Positions 1 to 7,495 of a DNA stretch of 64,000 bases are shown piece after piece. The stretch comes from a virus (lineage: Duplodnaviria; Caudoviricetes). The notes beneath the pieces were generated by a model. It searched no databases. It saw only the letters and a program-made list of their open reading frames with translations, and was not told the origin of the DNA. Both the position numbers and the translations under genes were made by a program. The stretch lies in the IMG/VR virus record IMGVR_UViG_3300013126_000031, positions 205-64,204 of that record; one strand, 5' to 3'. The stretch's first letter is position 1. Every line of letters begins with the position of its first letter.

Positions 1-241
1 AAATATCAAATAAACAACCAAATTTAAGATTTCAATAGTATTTCTTTGATGTCGTTAACCAGTTTTCTATGACCATCACCGTATGGTGTCCAAGCTAATC
101 CCATTTTCTTTAAGTCATAGTGTTTCCACTACACTAATGAATTAACTACATCCTTTTGTTCGGCAAAACTCCATTCAGTAGACGGATTATACGATATTAA
201 GCAGATTGCCGTCCGCTATCATTTGCACTCCCCTATTTTGT

Positions 242-320
242 TGACACAGAGTGGGCTCGAACCACTATTTCTCTCTTTGTACGTACCGCAGAGCGCATTA
301 TCCAATTATACTACTGTTCA
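242..320 (-). ncRNA. tRNA-like element with aberrant anticodon arm
   Basis: D-arm (TAGTATAATTGGATAATGC), T-arm AGTGG-TTCGAGC-CCACT, bulged acceptor; anticodon stem CTCT/AGAG closes a ~13-nt loop. Confidence 0.55.
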
Positions 321-665
321 ATCCATGAGCAATATTTTTAGGTTAAAACATTACTCACCTAAATGCTTTTATCTGGTAAAAGCTAAACCTCTGAACCCCA
401 TACTTTTTTCATTTAACGTCTTGAAAAAAGTTCCTCGACAAACAGAGCAACCGTAAAAAGACGACCTATGGTACTCTCACAAGGTTGCTACCCTTAGATG
501 GAGTTCTCATCTCTTGGAGTTTACTAACATGGTGTACTTTTCTATAACCTTCTATATCCCCTCACAAGAATAATCACTCTTGCTACTTGTATAGCCGCAC
601 GTAGGCATTGCCATGTTTCCATTTTCTGCTGATTAGGCCGAATCCAGCAATTGGATGAGAGTAAT

Positions 666-769
666 TGGTTGCGATGGAAGGACTCGAACCTTCATTCTCT
701 GGCACATGTACGCCAACGATGTATTCCTTTCTCCGTTTGTAAACCATCCATTTCGTGTTGTACACCACT
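666..769 (-). ncRNA. tRNA-like element with encoded CCA and non-canonical 5' half
   Basis: T-arm GAAGG-TTCGAGT-CCTTC then CATCGCA-A-CCA; GTGGTG at 763-768 can pair as acceptor; D region expanded, no 7-nt anticodon loop. Confidence 0.45.
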
Positions 770-890
770 ACGTTTAAAAACAAACATCAACAAAAGACTA
801 CCATTCATCTTCATCGGGTAAAGTTTAAATTTGGGCCGAGAGTTTTAACACTCCGAGTTCCACCACTTTGTTTTACTAAACAAAGAAAAA

Positions 891-986
891 AGGATAGGGA
901 CTAGTGGGAATAAACCCATTGTGGCCACAATCTCATTCAACCTACGGTGACACACCGCAATAATTGAACTAACACTAGTTTATCCT
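891..986. ncRNA. structured RNA candidate (long closing stem)
   Basis: AGGATAGGGACTAGTG...CACTAGTTTATCCT inverted ends with internal hairpins; no ORF. Confidence 0.4.
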
Positions 987-988
987 TG

Positions 989-1066
989 TACAGCGTGTAG
1001 GACTCGAACCTACGCCCCATCCACCAGTTAAAACCAGCAGTGCTCTACCAGCTGAGCTAACGCCAT
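989..1066 (-). tRNA. atypical/pseudo tRNA (Lys-like TTT loop, extended anticodon stem)
   Basis: ATGGCGT/ACGCTGT acceptor, canonical D and T arms; anticodon arm CTGCTGG-TTTTAA-CTGGTGG. Confidence 0.55.
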
Positions 1067-1076
1067 AAGTGAGTAC

Positions 1077-1203
1077 CAAGATTGCCTTTCTTTACATGCT
1101 ACCATTACACCACACGCCCTACCTCTGTTCGGACATGCTGGGATTCGAACCCAGACCCCTTGTTATCCATACAATTTTTAAGTTAAATTGCTGAAACAAT
1201 CTT
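1077..1203 (-). ncRNA. YrlA/Y-RNA-like permuted tRNA mimic (CWGCAA-stem family, copy A)
   Basis: Order: closing stem AAGATTGTT, CAGCAA, T-arm CTGGG-TTCGAAT-CCCAG, acceptor hairpin CATGTCC/GGGCGTG closed by a loop, D-arm, closing strand GGCAATCTT. Confidence 0.75.
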
Positions 1204-1246
1204 TTAATTACTCTAGTTAAGGAGCAGAGGACTCCAATATTGAGGT

Positions 1247-1294
1247 CAAGATTACCTTTTTTCATACGTGCTCTACCCACTGAGCTACGGTACC
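1247..1294 (-). ncRNA. 3' half of a second Y-RNA-like element
   Basis: GGTACCG + D-arm TAGCTCAGTGGGTAGAGC + AAAGGTAATCTTG, collinear with the 3' half of 1077-1203; no T-arm partner nearby. Confidence 0.55.
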
Positions 1295-1302
1295 ATATTT
1301 TG

Positions 1303-1374
1303 TAGCCCCACCTAGAATCGAACTAGGAATTAATCTTTAGAAGAGATTTGTTATATCCATTTAACTATGGAGCC
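1303..1374 (-). tRNA. tRNA-Arg(TCT)
   Basis: cloverleaf, AATCT-CT-TCT-AA-AGATT. Confidence 0.9.
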
Positions 1375-1384
1375 ATTTTATATG

Positions 1385-1458
1385 TGGTCCATGTAGGACT
1401 CGAACCTACGACCTTCTCGTTATGAGCGAGCTGCTCTAACCAACTGAGCTAAAGGACC
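1385..1458 (-). tRNA. tRNA-Met/Ile2(CAT)
   Basis: cloverleaf, CTCG-CT-CAT-AA-CGAG, paired G1-C72 (elongator type). Confidence 0.9.
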
Positions 1459-1462
1459 ATAT

Positions 1463-1638
1463 GTAACCGAAGATAGTTTTATCGGGAATCTGGGGCTGTA
1501 TCACTACAGTGCTTCACACGCCATTAGAGAGTCGGGTTGTTACATCAATACAGTTATGTTAGATTGAAGACCTATCCTTAGTGTGTACCCTTGCGACACG
1601 TCTCTCCACGTCTACTATCCTACGCTTTTTTCGGTTAC
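1463..1638. ncRNA. structured RNA candidate
   Basis: GTAACCGAA...TTCGGTTAC terminal inverted repeat, GC-richer than flanks, internal hairpins, no ORF. Confidence 0.45.
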
Positions 1639-1647
1639 TATTTTTTT

Positions 1648-2109
1648 TTAGATTACTTCAATGTAATCACATTTAGCAAATACTTTACCTAACCCTTGGA
1701 TTTTAGTTAAAGATTTTTCTGTTAATGTTCTTTTGTAAACATGGTCGTTATCAATCACTCTTTCAAAAGCGTTTGCACCATAAAAAAGTTTACCATTAAT
1801 CAATGTTTCGTTGTTCTCTGTTAAACGATTGTACAATTGAGATGTCAATTCGTTTTTCTTAATAACAGCAACTTTAGTAAAATTGATTGTTAACTTTGTG
1901 TTAGACTTAACACTAGGTTTTGTAATTTTGTTAGCTTTAGTAACATCAGACTTTAAAAAATCATTTGATACTTCACCTTTTCTTTTCATTGCTGCTAACA
2001 CACCAGCAAAAGTCATTGTAGGCACACCTAATTTAGTAGCCATTTCAGCGTTAGTTAATTTGTCCCCTTTTTTAAGGATGAACGATTTGATTTGTTTAGA
2101 ACTTTTCAT
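1648..2109 (-). CDS. hypothetical protein, possible N-terminal HTH
   Basis: ORF; LTNAEMATKLGV resembles an HTH; start placed at MKSSK downstream of the promoter. Confidence 0.65.
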   Translation of the reverse strand: MKSSKQIKSFILKKGDKLTNAEMATKLGVPTMTFAGVLAAMKRKGEVSNDFLKSDVTKANKITKPSVKSNTKLTINFTKVAVIKKNELTSQLYNRLTENNETLINGKLFYGANAFERVIDNDHVYKRTLTEKSLTKIQGLGKVFAKCDYIEVI

Positions 2110-2135
2110 ATTTATTTTTGTTTTTAAATTTAACA

Positions 2136-2169
2136 TTGCAAATGTACTAACTATTTTTTATAGTTGCAA
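2136..2169 (-). promoter_or_regulatory. Bacteroidota-type promoter (TTG...TACATTTG), near-identical to that of the DUF2828 gene
   Basis: 30/34 nt identical to 41514-41547. Confidence 0.7.
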
Positions 2170-2374
2170 ATTTTTTTTAACATTTTTTTTTAATCTAAAT
2201 AAATGTCATGATATACAATAGCATATGCATTAATCATCGCACCTATTTCAAAATAATAATTAAACATAGCCTTACTACGTGTATGTTCTAACATACTGAT
2301 TACATAATCGGCAAGAATCTGTAATACTTTTATTTTAAGTTCTTTTTTCATAATACAAATGTACAATTAAAATT

Positions 2375-2554
2375 TTACTTTTTCAAATCTTCTCTTAAAT
2401 TTTTATTAGCTTTTGTGTGTGCTGGGTTGAAAGGGCAATGTCTACAACCGCTTCCGCAGCATATCCCTCTTTTTTTAAGATAATGTTCTGTGTATATAAT
2501 TTTACCTTTTTCCAAGTAATAATCAATACCTTCTTCAAAACTAAATTTTTCCAT
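2375..2554 (-). CDS. small Cys-rich protein (DUF5522-like)
   Basis: MEKFSFEEGIDYY...RGICCGSGCRHCPF; ATG just after tRNA-Ala. Confidence 0.7.
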   Translation of the reverse strand: MEKFSFEEGIDYYLEKGKIIYTEHYLKKRGICCGSGCRHCPFNPAHTKANKNLREDLKK

Positions 2555-2555
2555 G

Positions 2556-2629
2556 TGGAGTAGATGGGAAACGAACCCACCACAGATTGCTTGCAAAGCA
2601 GTCTCGCCAGCCTTGGTACATGCTACCCC
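2556..2629 (-). tRNA. tRNA-Ala(TGC)
   Basis: TT-TGC-AA loop; G3:U70 Ala identity pair. Confidence 0.85.
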
Positions 2630-2635
2630 AATTAG

Positions 2636-2707
2636 CGGTCCCGAAGGGAATCGAACCCTCATCTTCTGATAGACAGTCAGACATCGTAGCCATTGGACCA
2701 CGGGACC
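2636..2707 (-). tRNA. tRNA-Asp(GTC)
   Basis: TCTGA-CT-GTC-TA-TCAGA, G73. Confidence 0.92.
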
Positions 2708-2711
2708 AAAT

Positions 2712-2854
2712 AAAACATTAAGTTACACAATTTGTCCTACACCAAACTCAATACTTCGAACAAATCCCTTCAACTAACTAATCGTTTGGTTCTTTCGTTA
2801 GTCTCCCCTATTTAAGGGTTAGAAGCCTACCAGTCTTACCTCACTTAATGTTTT
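2712..2854. ncRNA. structured RNA candidate between tRNA-Glu and tRNA-Asp
   Basis: 12-bp terminal inverted repeat AAAACATTAAGT/ACTTAATGTTTT fills the spacer. Confidence 0.45.
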
Positions 2855-2855
2855 G

Positions 2856-2929
2856 TCACCCGTATGGGATTCGAACCCATGCTCTTCTCCGTGAAAGGGA
2901 GACGACTTAAACCGCTTGTCCAACGGGCG
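2856..2929 (-). tRNA. tRNA-Glu(TTC)
   Basis: TCTCC-CT-TTC-AC-GGAGA. Confidence 0.92.
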
Positions 2930-2935
2930 TTACTT

Positions 2936-3011
2936 TGGTGGGACGGGAGGGATTCGAACCCCCGACACTCGCATCTTCAGTGCGATGCTCTACCAACTGA
3001 GCTACCGTCCC
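2936..3011 (-). tRNA. tRNA-Phe(GAA)
   Basis: TCGCA-CT-GAA-GA-TGCGA, encoded CCA. Confidence 0.95.
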
Positions 3012-3072
3012 ATTTTGTTAATACAAATGTATGAACTATTTTTTAATTATCCAAATTATTTTGTATTTTTTT

Positions 3073-3714
3073 TTAATTAATTTCTTTTAACCATAAATTA
3101 TAAGGATAAAAAGCTTCCATATATTTTATATAACCACTTTCTTTATTTCTAATCTTACTTTCCCATGAGTTATACTTTATCGTATAATACCATAACTCTT
3201 GTCTAGTCCAATTTAATTTATTCTCCACATATTTTGCAACTTGATATCCAGTTCTATCAGCACCATGTGTGCAATGTATTAAAACATGTCCGTTTTGTAA
3301 TAGTGGTTGTATTTGATTTAATGATTCAACATAACCCTTTCCTTTTACATAACCTAAATGTGCATTAACCCAAACATATTTAACACCCATGCTTTCAACT
3401 AAGTGTTTTTCTTGCTCTGGTGATACGTTTGTAGTTTCTTTAGCATTCATTCTTATGACGGTTTTAATATCATACGTTTTCAAAATCGCTTCCATTTGTT
3501 TTAAAGATGGTTGCGAACTTCTAAAAACATAATTACCCCCAGGCACCGTATCAAAGTTTTTCGGTAAATTAGTTATCCTAACAAAATGATAAGTAGTATC
3601 TTTTATTTCCACTTTAACAACTTTGGTAGTATCAACCAATTCTACTTTTTTATCAACAGATTGACTAGAGCATGCTGTTGAAATCAATAACCCAATAAAA
3701 ATAAATTTCTTCAT
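3073..3714 (-). CDS. lipoprotein Cys-based tyrosine/dual-specificity phosphatase
   Basis: HCTHGADRTG (CX5R) motif, FRSSQP motif, lipobox LISTAC. Confidence 0.8.
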   Translation of the reverse strand: MKKFIFIGLLISTACSSQSVDKKVELVDTTKVVKVEIKDTTYHFVRITNLPKNFDTVPGGNYVFRSSQPSLKQMEAILKTYDIKTVIRMNAKETTNVSPEQEKHLVESMGVKYVWVNAHLGYVKGKGYVESLNQIQPLLQNGHVLIHCTHGADRTGYQVAKYVENKLNWTRQELWYYTIKYNSWESKIRNKESGYIKYMEAFYPYNLWLKEIN

Positions 3715-3795
3715 AATCTTAAATTGTTTATACAAATGTAATAACAATTTTTTAATTATCCAAATTTTTTAACTAATATTTCAAAGAACTTAAAT

Positions 3796-3825
3796 AAAAA
3801 AAGGTTGGCGTTTCGGCCAACCTTT
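3796..3825 (-). terminator. attenuator terminator 1
   Basis: AAAGGTTGGC-CGAAAC-GCCAACCTTT followed by U-tract. Confidence 0.85.
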
Positions 3826-3849
3826 AAATCAATATCGTTAAACAGTTTG

Positions 3850-3939
3850 TTAACTTTTGACATGAGTTGACCTTCCTAGGCTAAAATCGGCCTCGGCTGC
3901 AAAGAAATCAAACTCAAATATGTTATTAACTGTTTTCAT
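3850..3939 (-). CDS. leader peptide 1 MKTVNNIFEFDFFAAEADFSLGRSTHVKS (F/E/D/A sensing)
   Basis: 29-aa ORF between promoter and terminator; 12 consecutive F/E/D/A codons. Confidence 0.85.
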   Translation of the reverse strand: MKTVNNIFEFDFFAAEADFSLGRSTHVKS

Positions 3940-3988
3940 CGTTTTTATATTAAATATATTGTTTTTTCTAAAAATTCAATTTATACTA

Positions 3989-4019
3989 CAAATGTACAAC
4001 ATTATTTTTAATTTGTCAA
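3989..4019 (-). promoter_or_regulatory. promoter of attenuator cassette 1
   Basis: TTGACA-N17-TACATTTG, conserved at 5985-6015 and 26160-26190. Confidence 0.75.
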
Positions 4020-4037
4020 GTTTTTTTTGTTTTTTTT

Positions 4038-4688
4038 TTATTTTCTTATACCACTTAAAAAATCTTTAGCATTGTTAAAACCAATAATACCAATTATTTG
4101 TTTTAAAAAACTATTTTTATCTTTAACATTACTTTCTTTATATTTGTTGATGAGATTCACAACTTCTTGTTCTTTTTCTCTACCCAACTTTGTTTTATAA
4201 TCAGCAACATCTGCCATGTTCATAAAATAATACCCATTTATAAAATCAGCATCTTTTAATATTTCATTTGTTGACCTAACTTTTACATCAGCATATCTAC
4301 CACTAGCTTTTTCTGGTGACCAAAGTGTGAATGCTTCAATACTACCATCTTGTGTCGGTCTGTAAATACCACCATTTTTCAATTCTTCTGTTAATCCAGC
4401 TTGAACCCAAAGTTCTTCGTTAGGTATTACAATATCTAAATCTCCAATAGTTCCAGTCAACCCAAATGCATCTCTTAATTTAGGATACAAATACAATCTA
4501 GCTGAACCAGCAATAAAATAAACTCTATCTTTTGGGTTTATTTTAAATTTTTCAAATATAATTTTGTTAGCTTGAGATAACAATGAGTCTAAACCACCAC
4601 CATCAACTTCATCTAACAAATCTTCACTTACTTGAGACCAAAATTCTTTTAAAAAGAATTCTTTAATGTAAATCTCACTTAATCTCAT
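4038..4688 (-). CDS. putative pol-beta-type nucleotidyltransferase
   Basis: hAGS...GDLDIVI motif. Confidence 0.55.
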   Translation of the reverse strand: MRLSEIYIKEFFLKEFWSQVSEDLLDEVDGGGLDSLLSQANKIIFEKFKINPKDRVYFIAGSARLYLYPKLRDAFGLTGTIGDLDIVIPNEELWVQAGLTEELKNGGIYRPTQDGSIEAFTLWSPEKASGRYADVKVRSTNEILKDADFINGYYFMNMADVADYKTKLGREKEQEVVNLINKYKESNVKDKNSFLKQIIGIIGFNNAKDFLSGIRK

Positions 4689-4998
4689 ACTTTTTTAATT
4701 TTTTTAACACTTCTTTATTGTAAACGTTTTCCAATGTTAATGGTTTAAATGATAAATACATTTGTTTAGGGCTTGGTCCTTTCAAAAACAAAAAGTTATA
4801 TGCTGACCATTCACTAGTTAAATAATATCCATTCTCATTTTTCATCTTATCAAGCAAACACTCTGGATTTTCATTGATATATTTCCAATCATATTTGTTA
4901 CACATTTTACTAACTTTACTTAAAAAGATTCTTACTTCAAAGTATCTTGCTAGTAATAAAAAACAAATACCCCACATTACCATCGTTAACGTTATCAT
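4675..4998 (-). CDS. hypothetical protein with N-terminal TM
   Basis: ORF, start MITLTMVMWG. Confidence 0.6.
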   Translation of the reverse strand: MITLTMVMWGICFLLLARYFEVRIFLSKVSKMCNKYDWKYINENPECLLDKMKNENGYYLTSEWSAYNFLFLKGPSPKQMYLSFKPLTLENVYNKEVLKKLKKYEIK

Positions 4999-5072
4999 AT
5001 TATAAATATTAGTGTTAAAACAAATGTAAGAATAATGTTTTAAATATCCAAATAAAAGACATTTTTTTTTTG

Positions 5073-5146
5073 TATCTTCGGTGAGATTCGAACTCACACT
5101 GTATAGGGTCTAAGCCTATTGCCTCTGCCAGTTGGGCTACGAAGAC
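5073..5146 (-). tRNA. tRNA-Leu(TAG), short variable arm
   Basis: ATAGG-CT-TAG-AC-CCTAT. Confidence 0.88.
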
Positions 5147-5149
5147 ATT

Positions 5150-5237
5150 TGGTAGGGCGAGAGGGAGTCGAACCCTCACGGGACTAAGCCCAAGGGATTT
5201 TAAGTCCCTCATGTACTACCAATTTCATCACCGCCCC
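5150..5237 (-). tRNA. tRNA-Leu(TAA)
   Basis: AGGGA-CT-TAA-AA-TCCCT, long variable arm, CCA. Confidence 0.93.
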
Positions 5238-5261
5238 ATATTATAATATCAAAGAACTTTG

Positions 5262-5334
5262 TAGGGGTAGAGGGATTCGAACCCCCGACCTATTGCATGT
5301 AAGGCAATTGCTGCTACCGCTGAGCTATACCCCT
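5262..5334 (-). tRNA. tRNA-Val(TAC)
   Basis: ATTGC-CT-TAC-AT-GCAAT. Confidence 0.92.
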
Positions 5335-5724
5335 ATTTTTTATCATTAATCATTTTACTCGCACAGCACTCATATATTTCTGCTATGTTTTTCTTTCTTG
5401 GATTTGTGCCTGGTACGTCTAGTTCATCTAGCAACCCACTATCAATCCATTTCTGAATTATTTCTTCACGTCTTTTTTTTCATATGTACAATATTTTCAG
5501 ATATTGTATGACCTAAATTTTCCATGTTCTTATTTTTACTTTCTTTTAGTCTTTAACAACTTTCTTATTATTTTACCCCAATCAAAGTTATTTTTAACTT
5601 CGTTTACTTTTGGTCTAAGGTATTTTCTAGACCCTTCCATTTTGCCAGTGATAACTGTCCTAGTTACCATTTTTTCTTTGTTTGTTTCCATACTCTTTTT
5701 TTACTTTTAACATTATTATTTTTG

Positions 5725-5798
5725 AGCACCGAGTAGGATTCGAACCTACGAATAACGGTTTTGCAGACCGCCCCCTTAAACCACTTGAGCATCGGTGC
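5725..5798 (-). tRNA. tRNA-Cys(GCA)
   Basis: GCGGT-CT-GCA-AA-ACCGT, U73. Confidence 0.92.
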
Positions 5799-5805
5799 AT
5801 AAATT

Positions 5806-5835
5806 AAAAAAGGCCCATCGTTTCTGATGAGCCTT
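5806..5835 (-). terminator. attenuator terminator 2
   Basis: AAGGCTCATC-AGAAAC-GATGGGCCTT + U-tract, just upstream of tRNA-Cys. Confidence 0.85.
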
Positions 5836-5861
5836 CATATGTAGTTATAATTAGTTAAACT

Positions 5862-5936
5862 TTAACATACGTAGCCCACCTTGTCTACCACTAGTAAACA
5901 TAACAATAAGGCAATTTGTGTGTATAAAGTTTTCAT
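5862..5936 (-). CDS. leader peptide 2 MKTLYTQIALLLCLLVVDKVGYVC (L/C/V sensing)
   Basis: 24-aa ORF between promoter and terminator; run TTA TTG TTA TGT TTA CTA GTG GTA. Confidence 0.85.
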   Translation of the reverse strand: MKTLYTQIALLLCLLVVDKVGYVC

Positions 5937-5984
5937 AGTTTTTGCTTTTTATAATTAAATATATCTATTTCTTTAAATGTTATA

Positions 5985-6015
5985 CAAATGTACAACATTT
6001 TTTTTGATTTGTCAA
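5985..6015 (-). promoter_or_regulatory. promoter of attenuator cassette 2
   Basis: TTGACA-N17-TACATTTG. Confidence 0.75.
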
Positions 6016-6058
6016 GTTTTTTTAATTTTTTTTTAAATATTTATATAAAAAAAGTATC

Positions 6059-6685
6059 ATGATTAAAGATTTATTAAAAAAATACCTTTTAGAATATATT
6101 GATGAAGCTGCACCGATGGGTCACTTTAATGACCGTGTTAGTGAAGTTGTCGAAGACATTATAGGTGTAACAATACCACCTAATGTGTATGTTGCTGGTG
6201 CAACAAAAGAACAACAAGATGCTTGGGTTATTTCTCAAATTCAATCTAAACTTAAAGAAAAAATAAACGCTGTGATAGCAACTGATTTCCCAATAGGTAA
6301 GGGTAATAAAGAAGGTATTTGCGTTTTAGTTCCTCTAGGTATGGTTAAAGTACAACCATTAAAAGGTAATCCAGTTACAGTTACAGTTACTGCTAAACGT
6401 AAGGAGGATGTTAGAAGTGGTATTTCTTATTACATCGGAATATATGATAACCGTATGCCAAGTTTAGTTTTGGCTGACCCTACTATTGCAGCAAACAGAA
6501 GTCCACATTTACAGCTTCAAGCACATATTACCAACAACATTAAAAATGGTTGGCCAGTAAACAAAGAACGTTCTTATGTTGATAAATCATTCATGGACAA
6601 CATTGTTGTAAACATGGCTGATTTTAAAATAACTAAAAAAGAACCAGGAGCCGAAGCTCCTTCTTCAACCGTAGATATTGCTTAA
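6059..6685 (+). CDS. hypothetical protein
   Basis: 208-aa ORF preceded by ATATTTATA. Confidence 0.75.
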   Translation: MIKDLLKKYLLEYIDEAAPMGHFNDRVSEVVEDIIGVTIPPNVYVAGATKEQQDAWVISQIQSKLKEKINAVIATDFPIGKGNKEGICVLVPLGMVKVQPLKGNPVTVTVTAKRKEDVRSGISYYIGIYDNRMPSLVLADPTIAANRSPHLQLQAHITNNIKNGWPVNKERSYVDKSFMDNIVVNMADFKITKKEPGAEAPSSTVDIA

Positions 6686-6939
6686 AACTCAATATAAACA
6701 TTTATTACGTTTTCTTTTGTTTTAACAGTTGCTTGTTTAACATCGCCAGTGATGTTATCATTAAGTATTGTTTGTAATCGTTCAATATCAAACTCAATAT
6801 CTAATCTTGAGTTAAAATCAATCATTGCATCGATTGGTTCGTTAGTTGTTGTAGGTGTGATGCTAGATAAATCAAAACTAGTAACACCAAATTCAGCAAC
6901 TAAAGATAAATAAAGACCAGTTAAATTTACATTTTTCAT
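6682..6939 (-). CDS. hypothetical protein
   Basis: ORF with TACATTTG promoter upstream. Confidence 0.6.
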   Translation of the reverse strand: MKNVNLTGLYLSLVAEFGVTSFDLSSITPTTTNEPIDAMIDFNSRLDIEFDIERLQTILNDNITGDVKQATVKTKENVINVYIEF

Positions 6940-7046
6940 AATGTTATTTTTTAATTATATTACAAATGTAGAAAAACTTTTTTAATCTACCAAATAATTT
7001 CAATAAAATATTTACACATAAATAAAAAATACCTATAATTACAATT

Positions 7047-7170
7047 ATGGGATATGTTTATTTATTATTTTGTGTCGGTTTAGATGGTAGTGAAGGTTAT
7101 AAGATTGTCAAAAGTATGTAAAGGTTTGAAGAAAACATCTGGTGGTTTTAAATGGGAATATTATGAATAA
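7047..7170 (+). pseudogene. remnant: GIY-YIG N-terminus + NUMOD1-like fragment
   Basis: MGYVYLLFCVGLDGSEGYKI, then in another frame LSKVCKGLKKTSGGFKWEY. Confidence 0.55.
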
Positions 7171-7495
7171 AGGTTTTGTTTATCTACTATTAGTTATTAA
7201 TGATAATGGGTGTGAAAACTATAAAATAGGTGTGACTAAACGTAATATCGATAAACGAATTAGTGAATTACAGACTGGTAATGATTCTAAAATTCAACTT
7301 CTTAAACATTATCAATCTGAAAACTATCTAAAAGTTGAGAAATGGTTACATAGGAAATATAATTCATTTAAAACAGAATCAAATAACGAATGGTTTGCTT
7401 TGCTACCAGAACATGTTATTTCATTTCTTAAAGATTGTAAGGAAGCTGACGATAATATCAACTTCCTACTTGAAAACAATCCTTTTTATAAATGA
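7163..7495 (+). CDS. GIY-YIG nuclease (T5orf172/MUG113-like)
   Basis: GFVY...YKIGVTK...RISELQTGN...EWF. Confidence 0.85.
   Translation: MNKGFVYLLLVINDNGCENYKIGVTKRNIDKRISELQTGNDSKIQLLKHYQSENYLKVEKWLHRKYNSFKTESNNEWFALLPEHVISFLKDCKEADDNINFLLENNPFYK

Noticed and set aside
24-216. Minus-strand frame with one in-frame TAG, suggesting stop-codon recoding
   Set aside because: No start codon, several clear genes end in TAG, long genes are uninterrupted and no suppressor tRNA is seen; the standard code fits.
223-783. ORF-track ORFs 223-456 and 583-783, and 5' extensions of ORFs over tRNAs (2375-2701, 5015-5212, 23384-23569, 23682-23963)
   Set aside because: They overlap tRNA or structured RNA genes and show no protein motifs.
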